Shown here in pieces: positions 37,201 to 46,272 of a stretch of DNA of 64,000 bases. A program made the position numbers and the translations under genes. The notes below the pieces were generated by a model that saw only the letters and a program-made list of their open reading frames with translations, ran no database searches and had not been told where the DNA came from. The stretch comes from Fidelibacterota bacterium (GTDB lineage Bacteria; Fidelibacterota; Marinisomatia; SCGC-AAA003-L08; GCA-002704045): assembly GCA_002703375.1 (NCBI GenBank), contig NZTO01000049.1:38901-102900 (forward strand). The letters run 5' to 3'. The first letter of the stretch is position 1. Each line of letters begins with the position of its first letter.

Positions 37201-40200
37201 AATGTAGAAGACATACAAATAAAACAATCCCCATATGAAAAACTTAAAAACTTAATACTGGGTCATAATAATTTCTCCGAAAAACAAAACTATATTTTGA
37301 TATTCTGCAATAAATTTACAAGAGAAAACATTCATGGTGAAAACAATTACTGGTTATACTGTAAGGATTCAAATATAAAATTACTGCCTATATTTTTACA
37401 TAAATTAGCAGTGGCTTATTTTGATGGTACTTATGATTCAAAAATAGAAGAGATATGTAAAAATCAAGGAGAAATAAGTGACGATGAATCTTATTGGGTT
37501 GACCGTCATAGTGGATATTACATAAAAAATATAAGTTACAGCACAGATATGGGTTATGATGAAAGTGGATACGCAATAAAAACTAGCGATATTTTAGAGG
37601 ATGAAAAAGAAATTCTCTTAGACAGCCCAAAACAGGATATAGACCCCATAAATATCAGTATTGACAACATAATAAATGCAATATCAAGTAATACAAGAAT
37701 ATTTATAGAAGGATATCGCGATTTTATAAAAAAGCATGTTAGTGCTTTACTTCCTAAAATAATAAATGAAACCATCTATGAAAAACTAAAGGTCCTCGCA
37801 GAAAAAAAGAATAAAAAAATTCAATCCTATGAGTTATCTGTCAATAAATCACTTATGATTCTAACCTTATCATTTATACACATATCTATCCAGATTTCAA
37901 TTCCACCGGTTTTGACCAGAAATTCTTTTCCAGGATGTGTCAAATCCTTTTCCGGATATCCTTTAGATGGAGACAGCGATTACGGAGGTATAGAATATAT
38001 AGCATGCGTTGCATCTAAAATGAAAAGTTCCAGTTCCCCATGGAATGGTATAAATAAAATGAAAGAAGTTGTTATTACTAGAGAAATTAAAAATTCTATT
38101 GAGAAATACATTATTAATTTACCAACTGTAATATCAAAATTAGAAGAAAAAACAGAATACCTATCAAAACCAGAGAATCAAGAAATACCCGTAAGTGTGA
38201 ATTTTAAAAAATGGATAAATTTCCTCCCACCTCTACAATCGGTACAAATACCCCGAGTAGATAATATAAGTAATGCATTTATACAATCATTCAAAGAAAA
38301 TATGAGAAAGGGCTCAGAAAAACAACACGAACAATATTTAACCTTATACTCAAAAGCAAAAATGCTTACCATGGAAATTATCAAATTTATACAAAATATT
38401 ATCAATTCAAAATCACCCGTACTTACCAATAATTTACTAGAACCCTTTTTAGAAAATGCTTGTTGTAATGATGGATTAGTTCAAGCCTATAATTATTTTA
38501 TAAACGAAAATAAATCTATTCATGACAATAATACACAGATTCTATTCATAGAAAATATACTATACGATTATAATAATTTTTACACGGCACCAATGATGTT
38601 AGATTTAACGAACACAAAAATGTCAATAGTTAATACAAGTGAATATACGGAAGAATTGATATACAAAACATTTATACACTACGGTAATTTAAATAACGAA
38701 GACCCAATCCCTAAAGAATTGGAAATATTCTTCAGTGAAAAACCCGAAGAAATGAAGGACTATAAAAATTTAAAAGAACAAATAGAATTTTTGAAAGAAA
38801 ATGGTAAAAATTTTACGTATGAGAGTTTTATGGACCTACTTAAACTACTATCAAATAATATTCCTCCGGAATATTCTATTAAAACCACACATTATCAAAG
38901 ACTAGATGACCTTCTAAACTTTATTATAGATAATGAACAAAACATCCCCCCCCCCTTCACCAATGGCCTATTGAATTTATTGAAAAATCCGGAAAATAAA
39001 ATGACGGAAAATGACAATGAACTGCAAATGTTTAAAGAATATCTATATAAAAGTAGCACTGAATTAATGGAATCAATTCGATTGTTCCTAACTAGATATT
39101 CATCAACTACTAAAAAGAAAGTAAATGAAACCGTTGATTTTTTAATGAATTTAAATATTTGGAAACCGTTAAACGAAACGATTCCAAATAATGACCATGA
39201 TTACAGCAGAATATTTAGTTTCATGCATGATTTTGTAGATAAATTTTTTATCGTTTTCCCACAAATGATCAAAACAAATAATAAAAACACTAATATATCA
39301 ATACCAAACCATTGGAATATGACCTATTCCGGAAAGAAAAGCATAGAATCTTTGATAGAAATGTATTATTCAAAATTAAATAAGTACATGAATAATGAAA
39401 CTATCATATCACTCTTTCAATCTTTTCCAGATGAGATTGAACTCTACATAAAAATACTTGGAGAGATTCAATTCAAATTAGGAAATTTCATTGAAACTGG
39501 TTCCGATGTCATCTACGAATTTAAAACTTTTGACAAAAATCTTTGTGTATTGATTCATAAGTACGTTATTACTAGTTTAATATATGAGATGACTAATATA
39601 CCAGATGTTGAAAAATTTGAATTTAAACTAGGTAGAAAAGAGTTAGTAGAAACGACGACATCTGTTTCTTTAGAATCGGATTCGCTAAAATTAGAAGAAA
39701 TGGATTTCGAAGAAGATGTGCCAAATACAAATAAAGAGTTAATTGCAAATTATATTATAGATTCATGCTCTATATTTTCAATCACTAAAAAAAAAGTACT
39801 AAACTTTAGCCTGCAAGATATCAAAAAGAAAGTTAACGTCGAAAAAGAAAAGGAAAAACGTTACGAATTCACGGACAAATTAGCAAACATGGATAATGAA
39901 GAACGAGAATTAAATAACTTATTTAAAACTAGTAATCTGGGTGATTGGGGAAAAGGTAAGGAGAAGGGAATAACACAATATCAAAAAGATTTTTTTGATG
40001 CAGAAGTAAAAGATCGTGAGAAAAGAATAATGATTGAACGTAATTTAGCAAATAATCCAAATGTTACCGAAATGAATATAAATATTTTTGCCTTAGAATA
40101 CGAAGAAGAACAAGCCGCTGAGGAACAAATAGAACATGATGCATTTAATATGGAAGATATTCCAGATGATGGTGATGCCGGAGAAAATGACTATTTTGAA

Positions 40201-40218
40201 TATGATGGCGGAAAGTAA
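34285..40218 (+). CDS. very large hypothetical protein (1977 aa)
   Basis: Single uninterrupted 5.9-kb ORF. I saw no P-loop or polymerase motifs. It has acidic tracts near both ends and Cys-containing blocks (FPGCVKSFSGYPLDGDSDYGGIEYIACVASK, LENACCNDG). Confidence 0.7.
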   Translation: MSESSIQIQLNDIIQINSPENPVFHNKIFIVIYASESKIKIIDSPVNFLETKEDSFQEFNLPIEDGNLLDPTIESIDLLSRDDNPGFAMQNNLTPNTWIDITFSEEIPSIITGEITNLEEDMIEIKIYPSNKVIYIDFKYQGIPDDLPIKSILIREKPKETILDTTSRAELGVSQQEGVNLDEEEEKAKGEDDKSEEGDESNEIEPEESKIVLVELDQVILEGDAIQFGEELGEIYQEVTVDEANKRYSIDSQTNDLMDDMISRIPTRERTPEVLNYLHLQINRFIELRKEFSKFDENGNANMPNYKGVNNKPLITELKDFKKKIPWLIPVAKNKRKIYHGETNETSITGEKIYAPLTDEEYNEMDIQNKLISDENLNENNYLKQYRNDKQNTFNYNEQRYKTLVKRVTSLYTPFNKTENNHDIIYEAEVQSLLNVLINNQEDYDSFAVKDMNIKKTKFLMQNYVPSIDLIRMDALNNTYKVSISNKDTLQLLSFMMLPKNVMKYSKAFLHESNILEKMELNSNPFYYYKLLNKHTAPNTIDINSFENKKNYDKVKFLSTITEFTLDSSIQDEDKYDKFLNTIVPKIKDLFLYTKNFIDGYSVRAIIKEMEPFHVYGEDITYRQYEEFRTFLKLQIIEYKKNFVQKSKDFKKIHPRNDKQEVHPLPLAVSNIKHPLNDKLMDSYVYEELYNVTTNKDSTAEIIKKLMIDSFQMASNSNTYGNLELFGIIDIETEIKSLENQFLEEKKEEEAKDDCGVFVLGKKYEDYDELLEDNDRDIYFDKSYDTTIYDIIDNYKEQQQTMDKDQFNIFLIEELKKNIGLSAEKARDDAEAMILGKRPVKEGNYAMLINRGDSEDENDQSFFRRVNNKWERDEAMKGIYADNQKIFCNMKSTCFQINNVCSSNETAENELKQNAIKYILNEFDKRLELGIDEITDKIKRNIQENERMLKAKIQIEKFHLLKHNNFKFMLGGNVEDIQIKQSPYEKLKNLILGHNNFSEKQNYILIFCNKFTRENIHGENNYWLYCKDSNIKLLPIFLHKLAVAYFDGTYDSKIEEICKNQGEISDDESYWVDRHSGYYIKNISYSTDMGYDESGYAIKTSDILEDEKEILLDSPKQDIDPINISIDNIINAISSNTRIFIEGYRDFIKKHVSALLPKIINETIYEKLKVLAEKKNKKIQSYELSVNKSLMILTLSFIHISIQISIPPVLTRNSFPGCVKSFSGYPLDGDSDYGGIEYIACVASKMKSSSSPWNGINKMKEVVITREIKNSIEKYIINLPTVISKLEEKTEYLSKPENQEIPVSVNFKKWINFLPPLQSVQIPRVDNISNAFIQSFKENMRKGSEKQHEQYLTLYSKAKMLTMEIIKFIQNIINSKSPVLTNNLLEPFLENACCNDGLVQAYNYFINENKSIHDNNTQILFIENILYDYNNFYTAPMMLDLTNTKMSIVNTSEYTEELIYKTFIHYGNLNNEDPIPKELEIFFSEKPEEMKDYKNLKEQIEFLKENGKNFTYESFMDLLKLLSNNIPPEYSIKTTHYQRLDDLLNFIIDNEQNIPPPFTNGLLNLLKNPENKMTENDNELQMFKEYLYKSSTELMESIRLFLTRYSSTTKKKVNETVDFLMNLNIWKPLNETIPNNDHDYSRIFSFMHDFVDKFFIVFPQMIKTNNKNTNISIPNHWNMTYSGKKSIESLIEMYYSKLNKYMNNETIISLFQSFPDEIELYIKILGEIQFKLGNFIETGSDVIYEFKTFDKNLCVLIHKYVITSLIYEMTNIPDVEKFEFKLGRKELVETTTSVSLESDSLKLEEMDFEEDVPNTNKELIANYIIDSCSIFSITKKKVLNFSLQDIKKKVNVEKEKEKRYEFTDKLANMDNEERELNNLFKTSNLGDWGKGKEKGITQYQKDFFDAEVKDREKRIMIERNLANNPNVTEMNINIFALEYEEEQAAEEQIEHDAFNMEDIPDDGDAGENDYFEYDGGK

Positions 40219-40252
40219 TTATATATAAATTATATTTGATATATATATAATT

Positions 40253-40501
40253 ATGTTTACAAGAACATATGTAAGAAACAATGTATTAACAGTATCTCTA
40301 CTTTTGTTTATTGTTATATATTTTTCCATAAATATTTTAAAACCTAACTTTTTATACGATAAAGACAGTATTCTTAGAGATTTTGGTATTGGATATAGAA
40401 AAAAAACCGTACTACCATTATCTATTATTTCTATGATTTTAGCTATTTTATCTTATTTCATTGTTTTATATTACATTACCGTACCAAGAATTAGATATTG
40501 A
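40253..40501 (+). CDS. small 2-TM membrane protein (82 aa)
   Basis: Two hydrophobic helices. Confidence 0.45.
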   Translation: MFTRTYVRNNVLTVSLLLFIVIYFSINILKPNFLYDKDSILRDFGIGYRKKTVLPLSIISMILAILSYFIVLYYITVPRIRY

Positions 40502-42407
40502 ATTGTTGGGTTAAAAATGGAACACCCTGTGTTCTCATGCGTTTTTTAATATCTTTTGCTTCTTTTTTCGCTGTATATTTACTATATTCACCTAATTCTA
40601 AAGACGAAGGATCTTTTGTCGCTTTCCAAAAACTGTTATCTTGTATTTTTTTATTAAATTTTCTAGTATTATTAAAATTACTATCTTCTTTTAACAATGC
40701 AAAATTTTCCGGATTATTTTCTGTAAATCTGTTATCAATCTCATTAAATTGTTTTGTACCAGATTGATTTTGTGTTTCTATTTCACTCATGGCCGCATTA
40801 TATGCATCGGCTTGCATTTCTGCCTGACTTTTCGTATTATCATACTCACCCATGGGAATGCCAATTGATGTAAATATTTTATTTATAGGTCCAAATACAG
40901 AGTCACCCTTTACAGAACATTTCTCTTCAAGAACCTTTGTATAGGTAATAAGTATTGTCAAGAGACCGGCCAATGATATCCACATAAATTCTCCAAATAA
41001 GTCTTTTAATAAAATTACCTTATATAGTTTTGTGATTAAATTATATAATTCACTCTCTTCGCTTAATATATCTTGATTCAGTTCGTCTTCGAATTCTTGT
41101 TCATCAGACAATATATCTTCGTTGGATTCTTCTAGTTGTAAAGCTGCCTTTTTATTATCTTCATCTAGTTTCTGTAATCTTTCTATTCTTGTACGTAGTT
41201 CATTTATATCACCCTCAAAAGAATCATTATCATTTTGTAATTTTAATAATTCTGTGGTTTTATCTGTTCTTAATGATTCTATACGATTTATATTTTCAGT
41301 GATTTCATTAATTTTTTTAATTAATTCTGGCGACAAAGGCTCGCCTGTTTTTTCCTCTATTTCTTTTAATTCCATACTGATATCTGGTATACTTAAGTTA
41401 TTTAATTCATTATTGGCACCACCTTTAATATCCTCTTTATTGGTAGAAGGAGTGTTTGCTGCTGCTTCGGCCGCCGGGGCGGCGGCTGCTGCTTCTTCGG
41501 CCGCCGGGGCGGCGGCTGCTGCTTCTTCGGCCGCCGGGGCGGTGGGTGCTGCTTCTTCGGCCGCCGGGGCGGTGGGTGCACCTGTTTTGTCGTCATCCAT
41601 TTTAATAGGCTCTGCATCATCTCCTAATGCATTTATCATGGAGTTCGCAACCTTGATGTCTTGTCCTTTCCTAATAATCCTTTTACTTTTATCATCAAGT
41701 TCATCCTCATTTTCCTTAGGAATTTTTGCCTTTTCAATTATATCATCCGGAATATCCCTTATTATTTTTTCATAAATTGAAATATTAATAAATTGAGTAA
41801 ATTTATCTACGTTCATCCCATTTACAAAGTGTTTTATATTTTTGTATCTTTTATCTAATAAAGTATTTAGAAGGTCCACCAAAGATTTTGATAGTTTTCC
41901 ATCCTTTTTTTTTAATGCGGGATCATTTGGGTCATTCAATATTTTTTGAAAGAATGTTTCATATTTTTCAATACCATATAATCTAGAAGATATTTCATAG
42001 CCTATAGTATTTCCAAAAACACTTTTCCAATCCAAAGGCAAAAAATTTATTGTGAAAAATGTAGTTGAAAAAATTAACCCCCAACTTGTAACCGAAGAAA
42101 TTAAAATGGATATAATATTTTTATTAGATACATAGCCACCACAATGTTTTTGTAAATTATCAAATAAAAGTACTAATATTTGAACAGTAATTAAAATTAC
42201 TACATAGGAAATAGATGTATATGTTGCATAGGATGGCGTATGCTTCCATTTACTTTTTTTATTGCTATATGTAATCCCAAATTTTTGCAACACTGCAAAT
42301 TTAGTCATTAAATATCCAAATGTTATTATAAAAAATGTTATATATAGAGTAGTAGGTGGGTTATCTGCACCTAAATCACTTATAGTTTTCATATCGAATC
42401 TATCCAT
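40491..42407 (-). CDS. multi-pass membrane protein with Ala/Pro/Glu decapeptide repeat and coiled-coil region
   Basis: N-terminal TM helices, a central APAAEEAA repeat encoded by the 30-nt GC-rich tandem repeat, then charged coiled-coil-like sequence and a further TM segment. Confidence 0.65.
   Translation of the reverse strand: MDRFDMKTISDLGADNPPTTLYITFFIITFGYLMTKFAVLQKFGITYSNKKSKWKHTPSYATYTSISYVVILITVQILVLLFDNLQKHCGGYVSNKNIISILISSVTSWGLIFSTTFFTINFLPLDWKSVFGNTIGYEISSRLYGIEKYETFFQKILNDPNDPALKKKDGKLSKSLVDLLNTLLDKRYKNIKHFVNGMNVDKFTQFINISIYEKIIRDIPDDIIEKAKIPKENEDELDDKSKRIIRKGQDIKVANSMINALGDDAEPIKMDDDKTGAPTAPAAEEAAPTAPAAEEAAAAAPAAEEAAAAAPAAEAAANTPSTNKEDIKGGANNELNNLSIPDISMELKEIEEKTGEPLSPELIKKINEITENINRIESLRTDKTTELLKLQNDNDSFEGDINELRTRIERLQKLDEDNKKAALQLEESNEDILSDEQEFEDELNQDILSEESELYNLITKLYKVILLKDLFGEFMWISLAGLLTILITYTKVLEEKCSVKGDSVFGPINKIFTSIGIPMGEYDNTKSQAEMQADAYNAAMSEIETQNQSGTKQFNEIDNRFTENNPENFALLKEDSNFNNTRKFNKKIQDNSFWKATKDPSSLELGEYSKYTAKKEAKDIKKRMRTQGVPFLTQQFNI
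41458..41577. repeat. 30-nt GC-rich tandem repeat, 4 copies (coding)
   Basis: Units start at 41458, 41488, 41518 and 41548 (gctgcttcttcggccgccggggcgg[c/t]gg[c/g]t). On the minus strand they encode the A/P/E decapeptide repeat of ORF 40491..42407. Confidence 0.9.
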
Positions 42408-42452
42408 TATATAATATGTATAAATAAATTAATTAATTTAGACTATTAAAGT

Positions 42453-42791
42453 ATGGATAAACCAAATTTATTAGAAAATGAAACCAAATTTTTTTTATCT
42501 CAAAGTTTGAAAAAATGTAATAAATTTAAAGAAGAATATTACAATTATGTATTTAATATTGGTGCATTTATCTTTATGGTATTGGTATTTGGTATATTTT
42601 TACTCGTAAAATATCGCGGAAAAATGTCACCTACAGAAAAAAATGAAAAAGATAAAAAAAAGAAGGAATATATACTATCAAAAATAAGAATTATGCAAGA
42701 CATAAAAAGACAAAATTCCCAGGATTTAATAACTAATTTACCGGCTTGGGAATCAAATGACGATATATTAAACAGAAAAATATATAGATAA
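42453..42791 (+). CDS. small single-TM protein (112 aa)
   Basis: One TM helix (IGAFIFMVLVFGIFLLV) and a Lys-rich tail. Confidence 0.45.
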   Translation: MDKPNLLENETKFFLSQSLKKCNKFKEEYYNYVFNIGAFIFMVLVFGIFLLVKYRGKMSPTEKNEKDKKKKEYILSKIRIMQDIKRQNSQDLITNLPAWESNDDILNRKIYR

Positions 42792-42798
42792 ATTATAT

Positions 42799-43662
42799 AT
42801 GAAAGAAGATGAAATTGTCAACCAGAAAGTTTATGATGCGATTAATGATTATTATAGATTGAAATCCGCATATGAGAATAGAATAGAAGACATGAAAAAA
42901 AAAATAAAAGCTCCTAAAGAAATAACAAATAAAATTACAGGCAAAACCACAAAGATAGAGAAAAGTATAGAAGAAAAAAGAAACGAAATAAAATTAATGA
43001 AACCTAAATGTATTTACTGTAATAAACCCGTAGGAACAGATTTTAAAATTACCGATAAATTGCTTATTGCAAAATGTGGAGCTGTAGAAAAAAAAGAAGG
43101 TTTTGAACCATGCAATCTTAATATTGAAATTAAAAAAGGAAGTATTGCAAATACTAGGACAGAATATTATAGATTTTTAAATGAAAAAAAAACAACAGAA
43201 AAAAATATAATTAATCTTAAATTAGATTTACTATTTAAATATTCTACAGAAGAAGAAACTTTAGAAAAATTCGAAAAGGAATTAGAAGATTATGAATACT
43301 ATGTAAATAGTATTCAGTTTTCTATTGGAGAAATAGAGAAACACACGAATAAAACGGAACACAAGGCCAAAATGACAGAACTAGATGGACAAATTAAAAA
43401 TTCCATTGAATTCATAAAAGATACTATTGTACAATATAAACAACAAAATGATACACAACTATTAGTAGAAGTAATTAACAAATATACCGATAATTTAATT
43501 CCAAACGTAGAACAACTTAGAGATATAAAAAATGATTATTACGATATTGAAAAAAATGAGATAACGGGTGAATATACTCTAGTGAAAACAGAGGTTAGTG
43601 TATCAAATATTGAAATAATTCTAGACAACGAAGACCCGGAGATAATTTATTTTGTTCAGTGA
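42799..43662 (+). CDS. hypothetical protein with Cys-cluster (287 aa)
   Basis: CIYCNKPVG ... AKCGA ... CNL suggests a zinc-ribbon. The rest is charged and helical. Confidence 0.5.
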   Translation: MKEDEIVNQKVYDAINDYYRLKSAYENRIEDMKKKIKAPKEITNKITGKTTKIEKSIEEKRNEIKLMKPKCIYCNKPVGTDFKITDKLLIAKCGAVEKKEGFEPCNLNIEIKKGSIANTRTEYYRFLNEKKTTEKNIINLKLDLLFKYSTEEETLEKFEKELEDYEYYVNSIQFSIGEIEKHTNKTEHKAKMTELDGQIKNSIEFIKDTIVQYKQQNDTQLLVEVINKYTDNLIPNVEQLRDIKNDYYDIEKNEITGEYTLVKTEVSVSNIEIILDNEDPEIIYFVQ

Positions 43663-43671
43663 TATATATAT

Positions 43672-43905
43672 ATGAACGTATTAAGTTATATAAATTGGTA
43701 TGCATTTGTATTTTCATTTATCATTGGTATTATTTTTATGTACTTTTATAGCGAAGAGCCGGTAAAAATATACGTATATCCTACTGCTAAAAATTTTAAA
43801 AACGTACAAGTATTAGATAAAAGTGGAACTTGTTTTTCTATCGAAACAAAAGAAACGGCTTGTCCTGAGAATGATAGTAATATAAAAAAAGTACCAATAC
43901 AATAA
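43672..43905 (+). CDS. small single-TM protein (77 aa)
   Basis: N-terminal TM helix. It is part of a run of small plus-strand membrane ORFs. Confidence 0.45.
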   Translation: MNVLSYINWYAFVFSFIIGIIFMYFYSEEPVKIYVYPTAKNFKNVQVLDKSGTCFSIETKETACPENDSNIKKVPIQ

Positions 43906-43926
43906 TATTATATTGGTATATAATAT

Positions 43927-44169
43927 ATGTTTATAAAACGGATCCTTTATTCAAAATATAGTTCTTTAATACTATCAGTTATACTTGGATTTGGACTAGC
44001 AACATTATTTAGAATGGGATGTAAAGGTAATAATTGTAATATATTTAAAGCCCCAGAAGATTTAAAGGATGAAAATAAAATTTATAAAATTAACGATAAG
44101 TGTTATAAGGCTGTAGCGACACCCATAGATTGTGATAATAATAAAAAAACATTAGAATTTTTTGCGTAA
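43927..44169 (+). CDS. small single-TM Cys-containing protein (80 aa)
   Basis: N-terminal TM helix followed by a Cys-containing ectodomain. Confidence 0.45.
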   Translation: MFIKRILYSKYSSLILSVILGFGLATLFRMGCKGNNCNIFKAPEDLKDENKIYKINDKCYKAVATPIDCDNNKKTLEFFA

Positions 44170-44201
44170 ATAATTAAAAAATGTGTTTCTAATTATTTAT
44201 A

Positions 44202-44717
44202 ATGACCACGTCTATAAACGATCTTCCTATTGACCCGGGTATTTCAAGCGAAAATATTAAATTAGAATCCAGAGAAAAAAAACCTTTCTCTGATGAAATA
44301 CTTGAGGCAAAGCGCGCCGGTTTGACGGACCTTCCTACAAGAGATATTCCAAATTCATCTGTTGAACACACCACAGATGCTAGTGTTACAGCAAATTATG
44401 TCCCCCCGGCCGACTCTGTAGGTGATTACATTGAAAATTATAAAAATGAAATAGGATATAGAAATGAAGTAAATAAAGCAAATATTCATAAAAGCACATT
44501 TGATATTGTTTTCGATGAGTTTAGAACTGCCTTATTAGTAGGGTTACTTTTCTTTTTATTTCAATTGCCTATTTTTAAAGCAACTTTACACAAAAATATG
44601 GATTTCCTATTCAAAAAAGATGCAAACTATAATTTTTATGGGGTTTTATTTGTGAGTTTCGTTTTCGGTATGGGATACTATGGAATAGAACGGACAATTG
44701 AACACTTTTCTATTTAG
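44202..44717 (+). CDS. hypothetical membrane protein (171 aa)
   Basis: Polar N-terminal half and two C-terminal TM helices. Confidence 0.5.
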   Translation: MTTSINDLPIDPGISSENIKLESREKKPFSDEILEAKRAGLTDLPTRDIPNSSVEHTTDASVTANYVPPADSVGDYIENYKNEIGYRNEVNKANIHKSTFDIVFDEFRTALLVGLLFFLFQLPIFKATLHKNMDFLFKKDANYNFYGVLFVSFVFGMGYYGIERTIEHFSI

Positions 44718-45264
44718 TATCACATAAAATATTCACCCATTTTTTAATATAATTATCACCATCGAAATACCATTTTTCATTACTAGATAAATTTATATCT
44801 TTTCCGGTCTTTATTTGTATCAATGCGAATGTTTTAAACATTAAATTTCGCGCCATTTTTCTCCGTATCAATTCTATTTCGTCTTTTCTGGTTCCCATAC
44901 ATTTTATATGATAATTGCGTATATTTTCCGTTGGTTGATTGTAATCCCATCTTCCATATCTATTTCTATGATTTATTTGTTCATCTATCGAAATGAAATT
45001 TAGACTTTGTATGTATTCTTCTGAATATTCACCATAAATATTTATTCCTTTGGAGTACCTAACTCCATCATGTAAACATCCGGAATACATGCAATTTTCA
45101 CGATGATTTACATTGCCTACGCTTCCTCCACTACCACCACATTCTATACAAACGTTTATGAAATCCTTTTTTGTATTAAATAAAAATACATGGTCATTTT
45201 CAACAAAAGAACTATGTAAATTTCTAGGAGAAATATGACATAAGCAATTGTAAATACTATACAT
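44710..45264 (-). CDS. hypothetical protein (184 aa)
   Basis: ATG ORF containing a Cys/His-rich segment CIECGGSGGSVGNVNHRENCMYSGCLH. A decayed partial copy lies immediately upstream of it (45309..45400). Confidence 0.5.
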   Translation of the reverse strand: MYSIYNCLCHISPRNLHSSFVENDHVFLFNTKKDFINVCIECGGSGGSVGNVNHRENCMYSGCLHDGVRYSKGINIYGEYSEEYIQSLNFISIDEQINHRNRYGRWDYNQPTENIRNYHIKCMGTRKDEIELIRRKMARNLMFKTFALIQIKTGKDINLSSNEKWYFDGDNYIKKWVNILCDTK

Positions 45265-45308
45265 ATATTATTTTACATATAAAATAATATATCATATAAT
45301 AAACCTTC

Positions 45309-45400
45309 CTACTTAATATTAAGTAAAATATTTACCCAATTTTTAATATATTCATCATTAGATAAATTTATACCTATTCCTGTCTTTATTTCAATTCTTT
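45309..45400 (-). pseudogene. decayed C-terminal fragment of a paralog of ORF 44710..45264
   Basis: The minus strand translates to IEIKTGIGINLSNDEYIKNWVNILLNIK-stop. The intact gene has IQIKTGKDINLSSNEKWYFDGDNYIKKWVNILCDTK-stop. The nucleotide alignment is clear, with an internal deletion of about 21 nt, and an in-frame TAA lies two codons upstream. Confidence 0.7.
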
Positions 45401-45413
45401 ATTCAAATGTGTT

Positions 45414-45421
45414 AAAATTGA
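45414..45421 (+). promoter_or_regulatory. AAAATTGA early-promoter-like box
   Basis: 34 nt upstream of ATG 45456. Confidence 0.5.
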
Positions 45422-45455
45422 GATAAAAATAAGTTTTTAAATTTTAAAAACAAAG

Positions 45456-45761
45456 ATGACCGATCTTCTAAGAGACTATGAATTTAAATGTCTTATTGAT
45501 TTGATACCACATATGAATTTCAAAAAAGAGTGGCTTCCACTATATAAAAATTGGAATAAATTAGAATATTATCAACATATTAATCAAAATATAATTAGTA
45601 ATTGGGTTAAATATGTATATTACAAAAAAAACAACAAATCTTTAAAAAAAAATTTTGTAGATTATCAAAAATCAATGAAAGGATATCCACTAGATATTAA
45701 AAAAAAAATAAAGATAACATTAGAAAGATGTGGTATAAAGAATGTGAAAATAAAATATTAA
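45456..45761 (+). CDS. hypothetical protein (101 aa)
   Basis: ATG ORF preceded by an AAAATTGA box 34 nt upstream. Confidence 0.5.
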   Translation: MTDLLRDYEFKCLIDLIPHMNFKKEWLPLYKNWNKLEYYQHINQNIISNWVKYVYYKKNNKSLKKNFVDYQKSMKGYPLDIKKKIKITLERCGIKNVKIKY

Positions 45762-45776
45762 AAGATTAAAAGATTA

Positions 45777-45784
45777 AAAATTGA
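45777..45784 (+). promoter_or_regulatory. AAAATTGA early-promoter-like box
   Basis: 38 nt upstream of ATG 45823. Confidence 0.5.
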
Positions 45785-45822
45785 AACTATTTACAAGTAA
45801 ATAATAGTATTTTAACTAAAGA

Positions 45823-46230
45823 ATGTCATTCTATTTTATACCCGAATTACTGAATGAAGTTAATGATTATATAGAGCCGACCCTTGAACTTCGTTGTGTA
45901 AGTCGAAAATATTATAAATTGTACACACCAGAAATAAGAGAAAAATATCCGTTACACTTTCATGCAATTGATTACTTGAATGCATTACGAATATGTCCAA
46001 CATACAATGCTCTTTCTATATATTTTCCTTATAATTATTGGTTGTCTTATGACCCACAAAAAGACGAAATGATATATCACACCAATAAATTACAATGCAA
46101 AGGATATACGAAAAAAGGACTTCGTTGCAAGCGATATTCATGTGATGCGTTTTGTTATAATCATAGAAATACACTTAAAACATATCAAAACAGTAAAATG
46201 TTTCATTATTTAACAGATGGTATTTTCTAA
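45823..46230 (+). CDS. hypothetical protein (135 aa)
   Basis: ATG ORF preceded by an AAAATTGA box 38 nt upstream. It has a C-terminal Cys/His cluster (CKGYTKKGLRCKRYSCDAFCYNH). Confidence 0.5.
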   Translation: MSFYFIPELLNEVNDYIEPTLELRCVSRKYYKLYTPEIREKYPLHFHAIDYLNALRICPTYNALSIYFPYNYWLSYDPQKDEMIYHTNKLQCKGYTKKGLRCKRYSCDAFCYNHRNTLKTYQNSKMFHYLTDGIF

Positions 46231-46272
46231 ACATATATAATTAAATCAAATATTACAAAGAAAATATTTTTA

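Noticed and set aside
41122-41775. 217-aa plus-strand ORF and 72-aa minus-strand alternate-frame ORF (41402..41620) over the 30-nt repeat.
   Set aside because: They are antisense or alternate-frame products of the GC-rich repeat and the Ser/Leu-rich complement of a charged coiled-coil region. The 638-aa minus-strand ORF explains the locus.
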